A stretch of DNA of 64,000 bases from Perna viridis (lineage: Eukaryota), in the NCBI GenBank assembly GCA_037379345.1, contig CM074511.1, positions 46,072,862 through 46,136,861 of the forward strand, given 5' to 3'. The notes under the pieces were generated by a model. It was not told the DNA's origin. It saw nothing but the letters and a program-made list of their open reading frames with translations, and made no database searches. A program made the translations under genes and the position numbers. Within the stretch, counting starts at the first letter, position 1, and the number at the start of each line of letters is the position of its first letter. This document shows, piece by piece, positions 13,481 to 28,042 of the stretch.

Positions 13481-14165
13481 TCAACAATATATCTTATGTA
13501 CGTTTTACTTGTATTTTCAAATAAACATCATTTTTGCTTAAGGTTTTTGTAATGAGATTAAGTTTCAACATGTTAACTCAATGAACGTCACTAATTCACA
13601 CAGTAACCATCTTAAACATATATATGTACTCTATTTTGATTGAGCATAATTTGGTTTTCTAATGGAAATAATCGAAAAAATGTAAGGTGTATATACGTTC
13701 ATTGTCAAGTTAAATTCTACTAAATTTAGATTTTAGGAAAATGTTATATAGCATAAGTGAATAACAAAATTCCTGAAAAATTTACTCTAAGCAAACCCGT
13801 ATTTAAAATGGCAATATCAAGGTAAAAACGGAAATTTGAAACCCCCGCAGTGGTCGGTCCTTGCTTGGTTAGAGCATTTCCGATAGAAATAGCAGGTTTT
13901 ATAGTGCAATAAACCTTCAGCTTCGATTACAGTTATTTATTTCCTGTATATCACATTATAAACAGTACAAAATATAAAAATAATAAATGTGAAAATCAAT
14001 TGGCTTTGAGTCGGTTAAATTGCGAAAATAACGAAAGCCCTATTAGCATTGGAAAATATTCAGCTTTTTTAAAAAGGGTTATTATTTCACTATGTCTTAT
14101 AGAATGAATTCGTATTTATGTGAACGTCCTAAGTTTACTTTGTGACAAGTTAACGAATAGTTCAG

Positions 14166-17101
14166 TTAATCGAGGCCCTCTAGCCTTTGAGCAGCAGTAC
14201 TGCAAACGGGAATGGTGTTTTTGGCTTCTATAAAACACTCTCTAGCCCGCCCAACGTTTCCATAAAGCTGATAACATACTCCGAGTAAAGTCAAAGAATG
14301 GGAAAGAGACCTTTTTCGAGGGTTTTCATTTGAGACAATAATGTTCAGTGTTGCTAATACTGCAGTTTGATTTTGAGTATCGCCAAGATGGAAGTAACTC
14401 AGAAAACGAAGGCAGTTCAAATAAATAAGTGGTGGTAGCATAAGAAGTGGTCTTATGTTAGCTTCGAGTCTGAATTCATATGGAATAAGTTCCGATTTAT
14501 CATTGAATAATGCATGCCCAACTTCAGTGAGTTTACGTTTTTGAATCAAGGTTAAGTTATGACCACATACTTTGTCTCGAAACATGTTTCTTTCTCCTTC
14601 TGTATAAGACGGGTTCCGTGCACTCAGCATATTTGGTTTTATTACAGATAGTAAATATTCTGTTACTACAAGAACATCTTTGAATTTTTTATGTTTGTAT
14701 AGGTGTGAAGCTAAAAAAAGCCAGCCTGATACGCAATCGGTTTTCGTTCCGTATTGTAACAAAGTCGTGTCTTCTCGGAACTTTCTATATTTGATTATAT
14801 TTCCGACAATTTCACTATCAAGAGTATTAGAGAGTTGCGGCACCTGCTTACAAAAGGCAGCAGCAAAGAAAGTCATCAGATCATGAATATACCCTTGTTT
14901 TTCTTTTTGTATTTTGTTAGTGAGAGATATCAGTGCCTTGTAAGCACATTTTTTATCGTCAAATGGGTAGGAATGCATACATCGAAGAACCAACAAATCT
15001 AAGTCTGCTTCCTGTTGAACATTCGAGTACGGAGTAACTCTCTCCAAACTAGCACTGTGTGAAAACACGTTAATTCCTTCTTTCATGACATTGTTTAGCG
15101 CCCATATTAAAGGCATGTTGTTATCATGTTTAATTTTACCCGAGAACATGTTATTTTGCGGAATAAAGTAATTTGGACATTTACATTCTCGAACCCAACG
15201 TATGATTCGATGCAGACATAATTGGAAACATAAATACAAGTTATTATAGTTCCAAATGTGGTCATCAAACTCTTCTGAAGTCCAGAATAAAGCTGTTTTT
15301 AAAAAATATGAACACAACATATTTTTCAAATGTTCTTGTTTTTCTATTATCTCCTTTAAAGTCAGCTTTAAAAGGCCGTAACACAAAATTTGTGTATGGT
15401 TCAACGTATACATCAATCGCTTTTCGGCAAGAGAAAAGGAAATTCTCCAAAGCCTTAGATTATCGTCATTTATTCTTGGGCCTATTGGTACAAGTAGACA
15501 ACCATCATTAACTACTTCAGAAATAATTTTTTCAGACGGCCAGTTTGAAACTCTTTTTCTGGTTATCCATTCGTTGGCTAAATCTGGCCAATGTTGGCAG
15601 AAAAGGCAAATGGCAAAATCGTACGATTGATATCCGACACAAGGTCCGTGGGCATCCCAACCTGGAATTTCAAATTGCTGCCTGAATTTAGAACTTGAAA
15701 CAGTGCCAGTGCCGTTTTCTAACGAATTCTTTATGTAATCGCTCATTTGCAAAGTTTCTCGGGAAAGTTTAAGTTCTACAAAACCAGGGTTTGTACTTTG
15801 TGCCACAAAGACCAAGTCAGTGAAGTCATCTCTTATAGGCTCTGGCTTAACTAGAACTCTTATAAATTTTAAAACAATCATCTCATCTTCGTCACTACCT
15901 GGAAGAGAAACACCTTCGGTTAGACTTCCAGTAAACATGGAAATGGAATCAATGTCTCCAAAACGGTTAGCGAAATTCTGTACCATGAAAATTTTCTGTC
16001 TCAGCTTAATTTCTTTAAATGTACCAATGACGATAACCGCATTCAAAAGGAATCGTCTGTAAATTTGGCTTCTACGAATATCTGAAAAAAAATATATGTA
16101 TTCATTACTAAATGCCTCTGATGATTAATTAAAGGCTTTTGACCTTTGAAGTGGAAGATTCTCTTAGAGGGACATATGAAGTAGACAGATTTTGAAAACT
16201 ACAAAATACATGAATTAAGCATAATTGACTGTCTGTATGTAAAAATAAGCCGATACTAATAATTTTCGTTAAAGATTGTGCGTTTTTTTTTCCCATGATT
16301 TATGTTGTTTGTGTCACAAATCAGCGATGTGACTGTAGGAATACAAAAATACCAATCATATACATGTTGTGCTTGTCGGTATGCTTTACACATATTTTAA
16401 GGAGCTACCTTTTATCAGAACCACATGCTTAGTTAAACTGTTGCCATACAAATGAAAGCAACAAATAGCAAACACTATTTCGGCTATTGCAAGAACTTTA
16501 ATTATTACCTGTGCATTTAAAGCTTTGATCAATCTTTTGTACTGGAATGATAATATTCTGTATTGCAATGTAGTTTTCATGTCTTCTCTTCAAACATGCC
16601 TTAAATTCATGTTCGAATTGAAAAATTGATCCTCCAAACAAGTCGTTGGTTATAACTGGTTTACCAAGCTTAGTAAACTTGACACAAGGAGAACTTCTGG
16701 TTCGACTGCCCTTGTAAGGAAATTTTTTATAGCATATTTGTTTGTTGTTGGTCTGAATCCACCCTCTTTTCAATTTATTTATCAGATTATCTAAGTCCAT
16801 ACTGCTCTGAAACAGTATAAAAACGTTGTAGATAAACAACAACACAAAACTACAACAATGTCATCAACTTCTATCAATTAAACGTACGTATTATTATTAT
16901 TGCATACTAATTAAAACGGGGAAGTTAAATGGCTCATACAAACACTAAATATGGCTTTGAAATCAAATGACGTCATATAACTTAGATATTATTCTTCCAT
17001 GGTACATAAAATGAATGACATGAGAATCCGACTTGGGAAGTACTAATGAGAGTTGCGAATTGTAAAATGTTAACATAAAGATACTTACAGTCTTCAACCA
17101 T
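14166..17101 (-). CDS. Mab-21/cGAS-like nucleotidyltransferase (cGLR-type) with C-terminal helical TPR-like region; 642 aa; exons complement(17089..17101, 14166..16081)
   Basis: NTase motif GSLTEG-x5-SDEDEM, third acidic residue in YDFA, and Mab-21 motifs WPxxAxEW, WRISFSLAEK, SYFLKTALFW, CPNYFIPQNNMF. Polypyrimidine+CAG acceptor at 16082-16084. An upstream AAAATGGTTGAAGACT|gtaagt micro-exon joins in phase 1 (MVEDY-IRRSQIY). Confidence 0.9.
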
Positions 17102-18839
17102 TTTCGGATTTTCCAATGTAAAAGATTGATCGATTACAACAAATCTATATTTAACGATTGATATATAATACGCTTGAATAATTCTTAGAGGTTTTAAGTA
17201 ATTTTATGCATAAAGCTGGCAATATGTATACAAAAACCATCACTTACGCTTTACCGTTTATGTACTGGATACATATTTTACCTTTGGTTTGAAATTAAAC
17301 AAATAAAACTGCGGCAACCAGTTTAAAAAATCAAATTTTATTTGTTTTTTTATAAAATAAAATGCCGACATAAGACTAGTGCAAATAAATCCAAAACAGA
17401 CTTTTTACAGAGTGGATGAATGGTTGTAATATATATACTCATGTATATTGCATTAATTTGACAAAATTCAAGTGGTCATAATTCAAATTTTCGAATATTA
17501 TGTCATATACCATGACCCTTGATTTTGAATCTAAATTAAATGGCTGTATGGTCAATGATGGTTACTGAAGAATTCCATTCATAAAATCATGTTCATTGTG
17601 TCAACTATGAACGCAGACACGTAAAACTATGTAAATTTATCTAAACACTCTGTTATACAATAAGTAACATATGCCGCGTCGAAAGAGAGTCACGCAATGT
17701 TTACTGTTTAACGACTTGGTGAGTTTTTACATCCTAAAATCCATCTAAACACTAAATTGATTTAGTAACTACAATTTTATAGTTGATCGTAAATTTCTGT
17801 AACATTTTAGATATTATTACTCTAGTCATACCCCGATTTGTTAATTTTCATTACATATTTTTCCTTTTAATTTATTTATTTATTTATTGTTATTTATTTA
17901 TTTATTTTAAAAGATCTAAATTGTACAAAAAATCTACATAAGTAGTATTGAAATGGAATGCCAAATGCAGCACCAAGACGTTTTGCCCGGTGCAATACAT
18001 AAAAAGACGCCTGGGTGTTTTATCAATTTTAAATTTGTAATGCAGCAAATTTCGATAAAAAGTATATGAAATGATACGTGGTCAGATAAGTATAATTACT
18101 GGGTTGATTCATACCTCCCCCCCCCTTCAAAAAAAAAACTCCGTTTTTAATTCTTCCAAAATTTTGACTTAAAGAGTATGAAATATAGAGGTTTTAAAAA
18201 ATCATATATAAGATGTGTATGTCTTCTATACACTTTTGTGAATTAACACTCAAAACATTGGTCATTGGTATCAAATTCTTTGCTTTAATGCTAAAAAAAT
18301 ATGACGACTGTACCTATGAACAATTTATAATGCATAGCTAAATATCAATTATATTTTTCTTATCTAACAGCATATATTCCCTGATAAATTAAATAAAACA
18401 AGAACCGAAGGTATAGAAGAGAAAAAAAGCCATGGCGAATACAATAGCCGAAAAAAAAACAAAAAGCAAAGGTTTCGGGTGTGAAGATGAATGAGCAGTT
18501 TCTGTTACTTGCAAGACACCAGTCGTGCTGATCCTTAAAAGTTTGATAAAAAGGACAGACATTTCTCACTTCAACTTTTGTATCTTGCAGTTTGGAAAAT
18601 GTTTATATGTATATCTACTATTAGTATTTACGATTTTCAGGTTCCTAGAATCATGGTATTAAAAAGAGTAATCAAGATTCTAGATTCTAACAACATAATT
18701 GTAAAAATTCAAGGAATCACTTTTTAAATAATAAAATATGATGATCATTGAATCAAAATGATAATCTTCCCTAGTAAGAGAAGAATGAACTTAAATGTTT
18801 CTTAAAAGATATGAATTAAATTTAATCATGTAAAGGGGG

Positions 18840-19110
18840 CCCTTTTAATAAAAAAGAAGAGACCACAAGTTCAGGGATAACGGCCAGACAAGGAAAAACA
18901 CACACAACAAAGATCATAAATATACGAAATAACACACGAGTAGAAACAAAAATAAATGTTCAACTCAGACTCCATGAAAAACTGGGCGTATGAATTAGGT
19001 GCACCGGTAGAGTATTTCTAGAACAACAACCGAGTAAACTGTCATATCTGGGATACAAAAAAAGGGAAACTATGACATGGCGAACAAATCGGTTTTTATG
19101 GTGCAGATGC
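18840..19110 (-). mobile_element. Diverged Naiad-type family A 3' end fragment
   Basis: Reverse complement resembles 30360-30630 (ggtgcaccggtag, caactcagactcca). Confidence 0.55.
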
Positions 19111-19199
19111 ATACCGAAGAGTCAGCAGTGGGGTGATTCAAATACGTCAAAATCCAAAATCGTGCCCGAAACGTGAAGACATGAAACAAAGGCGATCTA

Positions 19200-19500
19200 C
19201 AAACACAATGTAGCAAACCGAATAAAAGAGGTTACACATAAAAACTGAAGATAAAGGAAAAAAGATGTCACACAAAAAATAAAGCATTGGCAATATAAAC
19301 TCCCACAAAAAAAGCGGGGGTGATATCAGATGCTCCGGAAGTGTGTGCAGGTCCTGTTCCGCCTGCGGCACCCACCATATTGCAAGTGAGTATAATCCGG
19401 TAATTATCTAGCAACAATAATGAAACTGCCCGACACGTGTCAAACACTATTGACATTAGGGCAAAATCAGTCATTTAGGTAAGTATTATGTTGTAAACAT
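19200..19500 (-). mobile_element. Naiad-type family B 3' end fragment
   Basis: Similar to 2370-2630 in reverse orientation. Confidence 0.55.
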
Positions 19501-21502
19501 AGTAGATAATTTGGAAATAGAAGATGATTCAGAAGAGCTTTTTACAAAGTATGAAGAATCCATGTAAGTACTACATATTTGTATAAAGGTGTTCCATTTT
19601 TCTGAAGAGTTACAAAGATGTATATTGCTCCTTAGTCAGGATTTCAGTTAAGCATGGGGAAAGTAGAAGTAACAGTCGAAAAATCGTAAGTCTAGATGTT
19701 AATATTTTTGATAATGATCTATCAATCAGATAATGTTTAGGATCCTCATTGATAGATAACACCATGAATGTAACAACTGGTAAGATGGTAAGACTGTTGA
19801 CCTCTTTTACAGAAGTACGCATAAGAGTTTTTTTTTCTCTCTTTTATTTCATGTATCTAGTATTATTATCAATATTTATCGACACTTGGCAATATAGATA
19901 ATTTGGTCAATCTAATGTCCAGAAAACAATATTTATTGACGATTGGTAATTAAAATTTAGAAATAATGTTTCTGAAATTATAAGTACTGTACTTACTTTA
20001 CAGAGTAACTTTCACTATGTTTTTATATTGATGTGTTTGTGTAATTTGTATCATATGTGTTGATTGTTGATTAAAAAATGTCCTCTTATGATCAAGTAAA
20101 ATATTACTAAGATAAGCTGAAATTTAAAAAACAGCTCCATGTGTTGCTTAAATGCAATTGCAGTTGTCTATCTTTAGTCACATATAATATTTCAGAGCTA
20201 TACGAATGCCTGATGGTGTGGTAAATTGAGATTTACGAAAAAGCATGTGTATTGCTGTAGCTAGATATTGATAGATATATAGGCACAGAAAATACGGCGA
20301 GGGAGGCCCAGGGGGGCAAAGCCTTCCGGAACCTCACCGGTTTTAGGGAAAATCAATCACATTTTCTTGATGAAGAAATATATGTTTTATTTGAGTCGTA
20401 CACCTAAATGACTGACGCATTTCTCCATATATACATGTTTGTGTTGGTTAAGTTTTACGTGAAGGTTACAAAATACTATAATATAAGTGTGCATATGTTG
20501 CGTTATTCCAATTCCATTTTGTTTTCAAATATGTAGTCCTTATCTACAATTCAATATGGAAGAATGGTCATGAAATTTAATGTGTTTTGTAATTATTTTA
20601 CTTTTTTCCTTCTGAATATTATCTTCTTTATGTAAAGTCCAGACGTCGATTTTTATTGGCAGGCATTTTAGTTCATCATTGGTAAATTCCAATGTTTAAA
20701 TTACGGGGACGAAATTTCAATGCGACTGTCGTATAAATTACGGGGACAATTTTGTGTTCGAAGGACCAACAGGAAACTGATATCTACATAGAACATTTGC
20801 CGAAATAGGCGGGACCCTAAGTTGGGGTGTAACCCCCCCCCCTCGACTACCGATTAGCTTCAAGTAGCGAGTACTGCGTCATGTTAGCCTTGAGTACCTA
20901 ATCAATTTTTTTTCTAGTACAGAGTCCATGTACCTAATTTTTTGAGTTTACTCTAAAAATCGGGCTAAGTCTTGAGTTCGATTAATTTAAAAGAAGACTT
21001 TTTTCATTGCCCCTGTTTCGTTAATCGAATAGATACTTGTAAATTGAAAAATTGAGTATTGAAAAAAAAAGTTGGTTGCTATGTATTTTTGTGCAAAGAA
21101 TCAATTTAAATGTATTTAAAAATATAATTCATGTCAATTTGAGGCAGTTTCGAACAGAAATATTTAGACAGGCTTACTTTTATAAAGAATTCCACTTAAG
21201 TGCACGATAGGGGCTTCTTGATCTTGTTCGAGGGTATATGAACTGAATGTTCATTATTGAAGACGCTCGTATAATATCACGATGCAGAACAGGAATAAAA
21301 TCCTGTTCATTGAGTGACAATATGCTGTTTTTAATAAATCATGTGAAGTGTTGTCATACGCACATTCCCTACATATCCTCTCTTTTTATATTACTATATA
21401 CATGTATATTTTAATAATATTAACATAATTTCATTCATTTTTCTATTTACAAAGTTAATTTCAGTTTTTTTGTATCCAATTATTTCGTCATAAATTATTT
21501 AT

Positions 21503-21669
21503 GAGGGGTTGGACATGGGAACAGGAACCCGGGAATTAGGGGAGGTAGGAATGAAAGTTAGGGGTGTAAGCTTGTCGGGTTACTACAATTGGGAGTAAAG
21601 GAGAGAAAACCTGTGAGGGAGGTCTGGAACCCGATAGCAAAATTGAGCAGGAACCCCCTGTCTACCCCT
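21503..21669. mobile_element. Small MITE-like element with imperfect terminal inverted repeats
   Basis: gaggggttggacatgg ... cctgtctacccctc. Confidence 0.4.
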
Positions 21670-22004
21670 CTTGTATACATGGACATTGGTCAACTTTCGA
21701 CATGCAACGATATTTTAAACGTCTGGAACATGCACGCCCAGGGAACATATACATATAGCTCAGACATTTACACTAGTTTTACTGGACGAAAGTCGTATAG
21801 GCTAATACAAAAATGAATTATGTCTGTTTCAGGTTGAACAAATAGGGTAGGTAAAATATTTTATTTTTCAAAATCATATTATAGACTTCAATGTGGCACA
21901 TTTCGTGACTTTTAAAGTTAACGGTGCTTAACCAAAATTATTATATCTATCGAAGTTTCCTCCGGCAAAATTTACCAATAATTAAAAATTGGCGATGGTA
22001 GAAT

Positions 22005-22574
22005 CTAGGTAAAAAAGGAACAAAAATTGGGTAAGTAATTTGGGCTGAGGGACGGTATCATATACTTCACTGAGGCTTCGAAGTTTAGCCACATCAGGGT
22101 ATGGTGGTTGGAACTGCCATGTGTAACGCTACTAGAGCTACTTAAAGTTGATGGCACTTCCGAATGATCTGTGCGAATATCATTAATACTGGCAGTGGTC
22201 GTTGGCCCAGTATCTGCTAGAATATTCGCTGAAGGCTCATACTCAATACTGCCTTTCTCTGATCTTTCATCTCTCCTTTTTTCTTTTTGGTCGAATGACA
22301 AACTTGTCCATTTTGCGAAAATCGCAAATCTACTTTTATAGAAGTTATCGGAACATGGGAATTATAAGTAGAAACAAGAAAACGGGTAAATGACGTTGGA
22401 TTTCCAATTCCATGTTGCTACATGAAGCGCATTTGATAAAGTAATATCAGCCTTTACTGTACTCGTTTTATATACATCCATTAAATATTACAAAAAGAAA
22501 AAAAATACTCAACATTTCGTACAGGCTTGAGTACAGGCTCAAGCCTGTACGAGCCGTGCGTAGCTACGCCCCTG
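22005..22574 (-). mobile_element. Terminus of a deleted hAT-like DNA transposon with a frameshifted N-terminal coding relic
   Basis: Terminus CAGGGGCGTAGCTAC at 22574 (minus) with subterminal gtacaggct repeats. ATG at 22311 gives MDKFVIRPKRK, then a frameshift in an A-run into RRDERSEKG...; the other terminus was not located. Confidence 0.4.
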
Positions 22575-23889
22575 TTCAAAACTTAGGATTGATTAGGAAA
22601 ACAAATCTACAGTATTCTAAAAGCTTTGAAATATTGAGATTAATAATTACATTGATTATCTCATATAATACAATAACATGATTAAGATCTAGATGGTGAG
22701 ATATCATATAGTATAGACTAAAATGTGAATGTCATCAATGTCATACTATTTCTACATAGCAAGAACATGTTATCAATTGATCAATCAAAAAAGTGATAAA
22801 ATTGAAATTTCGGAAAAGGTCGTATAATGATAAGACATACTGGATTAAAGACTAATGACTTGTAAAGTCAGATTCATTACTGAGAACAATTTGAAAATAT
22901 TTCATAGAGGAAATGCTTTACTATTTAGCTTTTATTTTCATCTTTAAGAATGAATTCTCGTTTTAGCATTTGTCGTATGCATATATATAAACACGCATGA
23001 CATGAACATCTTTTAAAACTGAGGATTAAATTTCTGTTTCTGTGGATATATAATGATAAAATTTTGTTGGGAACTCGATGATACTAGTTTTATTAAATAT
23101 AAAGTTAAGACTAAAATTATTTTCAGCATTTTACAAACAGGATATCAATTTCTACAAAAATGTTGGTACTAAAATTTGAACTAGTTAAAGGGGGACTATG
23201 CAAATAAACATTACCATAAAACATAAAGTAAAAGTTACGTAAAGAATGTAACTAGTTTAGAATGTCAGGAATGGGGGCGTGATAAATAGAAATATTGACA
23301 CAAAGTTTGTCTCGTAAATATTAATTGGTTTATTTGTATATTGAGTTGTTATTATTTGACATCTATTGTGTGTAGTAAACCTTTAATATTCAATCAAACC
23401 AGTGAGGTTAGTTTAAGTTATGAAAAAGAATCTTTTATATTTGATAAAATTGATACATAATAGCGATGTTCTAATGCGTCTATGCTGACTTGTTAGTTGA
23501 TTCACACGGTTTTGAAACTATTCATCGACAATCAATGCATGTTTACTTTGTTAACAGAAAAGGAATTAGAGAGCAGGTAAAAATAATACATTAAACAAGT
23601 TTGATGTGTGGATCATTCAGCTTTTAGCGTTGTCTCTCATGAAGAAACCCACTTTCTTTAGCGACAACGGGTTTCATGAAAGGTAACTTACATAAATTTA
23701 GTGGGTATTAAAACCAGAATATATTAACGTATCAAATAAGTAGAAAATGAGAGTAAGCTTTATGAAGAGATCTAAGTTAGAATATACAAATGACTATTAT
23801 CATTTGTAAACTCTGAATAAAACTATGTAGTGTATAATTTATCTATCTAAATTTCTAATTACAACAAACATTTGAAGTTTCAAGAAACT

Positions 23890-24135
23890 TTAAGGTTTCA
23901 ATCCTTGTATTATATATGGTAGAACTTGATGCTGGATTTGGCTTTCTATTTCGGTACTTTAGTATTTTATTTTATTTTATTTGTGGGGGTAAGATCTTTC
24001 TTTATATTTGATTTTAATACTGCTGGTGTGCGGTTACTCCTTCAAACACATGTACTGTATATCTAAATTTGCCATGTTGTATGATCGGTTTTTTGTAATT
24101 TTATATATTCATAAATCCATACCAGGTGTGAAAAC
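23890..24135 (+). repeat. Hammerhead-bearing dispersed repeat, copy 3 (strongly degenerate)
   Basis: aatactgctggtgtgcggttactccttcaaacacatgtactgtatatc at 24016-24063 aligns to copies 1 and 2. Confidence 0.55.
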
Positions 24136-26689
24136 CTATTTTTAAATTTCAGACACTTGATAAAAATATATAACGTAAATGTAACAACTTTGTGTGAGTT
24201 GAATTAAAATTGAAGGCTTTTTATGGTAACAAAGCCAGACTGGGCAAATATTTCTTTGACAAAATTACATTTTATACCTGTTTCGTTCGCAAATTCTGTT
24301 TAAATTACGCAAATACACTTTCATTGTTCAAACTGGCCTATGCTGCGTTCTGGTAAAGAAAAATATCATGTATGTGTATGCTTTAAATTCATTATACAAA
24401 TTTATTTGTTATGAGCATGATCAACTAGGCACAAAATATTATACTTAGCCCTCTGCTATGAATATTGTGTCCATGTAAACACAATGTTCTGTTCGACTTT
24501 TTTACAATTTATACAAAAAATTACAGCTTTCGTGTACTGAATATAATTACTCTCATTTCCTTTCATGCTTTATACGTTTTTTTTCGCTATCGTATAAGGA
24601 AACTTTAAATTCATTGGGTACATACCATATTGGATGATTAGGTTTCTTTAATGGGTATCAAATGTATATCTAGACATTATGACCTTGTGTGAACTTATAA
24701 TTGTTGTTAAAAATTTATTGTTCACAAAAATGAAGGAAGGATTAGAAATAATATTCCACCTTGAACAAACGAGTGCGTGTGTCAAGAACAATCACAGTCA
24801 TCTAGTGCTTTAGGCTTCTAGTGGCATACACCAACGGACTAAAGTATTCTGGCTTTGGACTGGCATTATCTATACCACCGCGTTCCAAAATGTCTCTGTT
24901 CATTTTTCGAGTATTTACGCCATTGTGACTTGTGTCCAAACCTTCCTATAACCCAAATAGTTGGGTTCATTTTGAACGTTTTTTTTTTTTTTTTTTTTTT
25001 CATTCCTTAACAGTTGTGAATACTCCTTCTGAAGACGGATATAATCAAAAACACTCTAAGAAATATGGTTATAATGTGTCCTAATCTTTACTACCATTTT
25101 ACCATAAGATCACTTACCTTACTGTTTTATCAAGTATTTGCGATTGCTTGTTCTGACATTTTATATGAAAAACAAACTGAATACTGAAAATCATATACTT
25201 GAGGTTAAGATTGGGATAATATTTTCAAAAATCCAAATCATTTTTATTACTCTACATCCTCATTTTTTATTTTACAAAAAAAAACTAAGAAAAGGAAATC
25301 AATCTGGGGTTCTATCTGTAGTGTACAAGCTGCAATTTTTTACGCATTATTATAATGCGAACGAAAATTATAATCTGTATTTCCAGTTAGTACAAATTAT
25401 TTTTATGAAATTAGTTAACGTAAATTTTCTTTTGTACAAAATCTGCAAAAAATCACTAATAACTTGTACAAAATTTCATACTCAAGTGTTTGGTTATTGA
25501 TCCGGGTTAACTATCAATTAATCCGTTTTATTAAATTGGACAACCACTTATCATATTGTGTTTTATGTAATATGTTTTCGTGAGTACTGAAGAAACTGTT
25601 TTCAAGGATAATAGTGGATCTATTGATAAGAACAGTATTAATTCAAACATAGTTCAAAAGAAAAAAATTAAGAAAATAAACCGACATAACAGATTGAGTA
25701 CAACACAGACCAATCTATCATACGTGCTCAAATCGAGTCCTCTCCAGAAAATCAAATTCAAGCGAATAAGTTGACAAGAAACACAAACATAAGTTAAATG
25801 AACTTTCTGACGGAAATAACCTTACTGTACGATCGCGGACTCACAGACCCTAGACATATAGTGAATGTAGAAGAGGTCATTGAGTTTGGTTATCGTGTTG
25901 GTACCTCTGTTGTGACATTGGCGGGATTTCTTATAGCAGGAACCAAGTAGTTCATGATGTGAATAGTATTGATCTCAGTGTGACTACATCTCTTAAAGAT
26001 TTCTTGGCGTGAAGCTGTTTGCAAACTTTCAAAAATGGCGAGTGCCAAGGTGGAATACAAGGGCTAAATGCAAAATGTCGTGTTTAATTCTCGTTGATTC
26101 TATTAATAAATTTTCAACACCTTGATTTATGAATCAAAAATTGTGAAATTGTGTGAAAATGTTCTCTTCCATAATGAAATAAGTTTGTGATCATACATTC
26201 ATATTTAGAATTTCTCCAGTTTAAACAATTGCAAGTTGCTGAAAATTAGTTATAAGTGATTTATGGCTAAATTTATACAAATTATGATTTGTATAAAGTG
26301 AAAATACTAATTATAATTTGTACAAAATTTTCATATAAATTGTTATGTGTACTAAAGTACTATAAACAATATGTATACGTACATTACGAACCTTTGATAA
26401 TGTGTATTGGAAAAGGGTTTGATTATGGGAGAGAACTCTAGTATTATCTGTTTTTAGAACAACCTATAAAAATCATATAAATATTGCAAATTTGTGTATG
26501 CTGTGCACATGTTCAAATGAGTAACCTCTCATAAGCTTAGGAAGATCATGATTAAAATATTGACTCTATGCAAGCCGAACTTAAAACCAAGAATATTGAA
26601 ATAGGAAGCGAACCGATGAGTTCTACCAAAGTATTTCAAAGGAGCTCATATATTGTAGTATCAATGAATGAAGCCTAGCTCCATGTTCT

Positions 26690-27440
26690 AGGGGATATCA
26701 AGTGAACCATGATTAGCATGCTTATCAAAGATGACCACAACCCAGGGACAACGGTCAGACTAAGAAAACGGCCATGCGCACCAAAGAACATAAAATAACT
26801 AAATAAAACGCATATAGAAACAAAAGTAAATAAGCGACCCTGACCCTACTAAAACTGGGGGCATGAATAAGATACACAGGTAAGAAAGGCGTAAAGTGAT
26901 CTTTTAGATAGAGAAAAGAAATATATGACACGGTGAACAAACCGGTTCTCATGCTGCAGATAGATATACCATAGAAATACCATATAAGAAATCTGGCATG
27001 GCACAAAAAGTACGCATAGTTAGGGCTAGTTCTGGCATAATATATGATTTGTGATATGAAAACTCCTTAAGCAGGTGCTTTAGGGATGTTGCCACAAATA
27101 AAATAAAAGTTGATGATATGGAACGAGAAGTCATCGCGTTTGTCGTATACTTGTAGTTTGGTCATGAGTTTATTCCCTCCTTCGATCTCTAAGAGTAGGC
27201 CAAGATATAAAACTGACTTCATGGTGCTTATAGTATCCTTTTTATTATCTGAAGCTCTCTGTGGTAGACAATTCGGGATTATTTAACGACATCTATATGG
27301 CGGAAACTTGGATCAAAGGAATTGACTAAACGGTATTCTTTTTGTATAAGCTATGAAGTCAGCCTTATAAAAGTAAATGAATAGGTCAGCGAGAAGCGGG
27401 ACACAATTTGTTCCCATTGGAACACCGACCGCCTGCTACA
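26690..27440 (-). pseudogene. Internally deleted Naiad-type RT remnant with 3' end
   Basis: Minus strand encodes QAVGVPMGTNCVPLLADLF...ADFI and FRHIDVVK-like relics, followed by family-A-like 3' sequence. Confidence 0.7.
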
Positions 27441-27863
27441 ATACACAGGTACACATACATTGACAGACAATCTTATATTTTTTTTATAATAACATCAAAA
27501 GGAAACGATTAAAAATTATTCTAAAGACACGGTTGTTACAGATGAAATGACTAAATTAATTTTGTATTCTTCCGACTGAAAATGAAGGGTCAACAACCAA
27601 TGACACAATTCTATAATTCGTATCTTTAACAATGTCATGTAATTACAGACCAATGACCCGTTCGATTATACTAATGATACAATTTATAATAAAGTTCAGT
27701 CAACTGCTTGTCGCAATAAACGCCTTAGAAATCAATTCATCATAAATCGTATGGATATTGAATTTGATGCCTATTTAAATATTCATATGTTCAATAAATG
27801 TGTAACCCAGGTTGACTGACATGACAATCTGGAGAAAGTCCAATGTCTCTATAAATTTAAATT

Positions 27864-27940
27864 CACGTGGGTTAAAAGGTCCTTTGTAGTAAAAAATGTA
27901 TAAAAAGCGAATTTAAACGCTCTGAAATATTATTTCACTA
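27864..27940 (+). promoter_or_regulatory. E-box (CACGTG, 27864-27869) and TATA box (TATAAAAAG, 27899-27907) of paralog B
   Basis: Motifs seen directly; ATG in AAAATGA context at 28043. Confidence 0.5.
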
Positions 27941-28042
27941 TAGAATATACAATCAACATCTCTCGTGAATCCTCAGGGTTCTTTTTTCAAATTTATTATT
28001 TCTGACTCGTTCAAGCCAAAGGCGCGGTATCACTTAAGGAAA

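Noticed and set aside
16498-16845. 115-aa minus ORF in the cGLR intron
   Set aside because: No recognisable motifs or supporting splice pattern; not needed for the cGLR frame.
27965-28042. N-terminal extension of paralog B from a GTG start
   Set aside because: Eukaryotic context; the ATG at 28043 aligns with the start of paralog A and has an AAAATG context.
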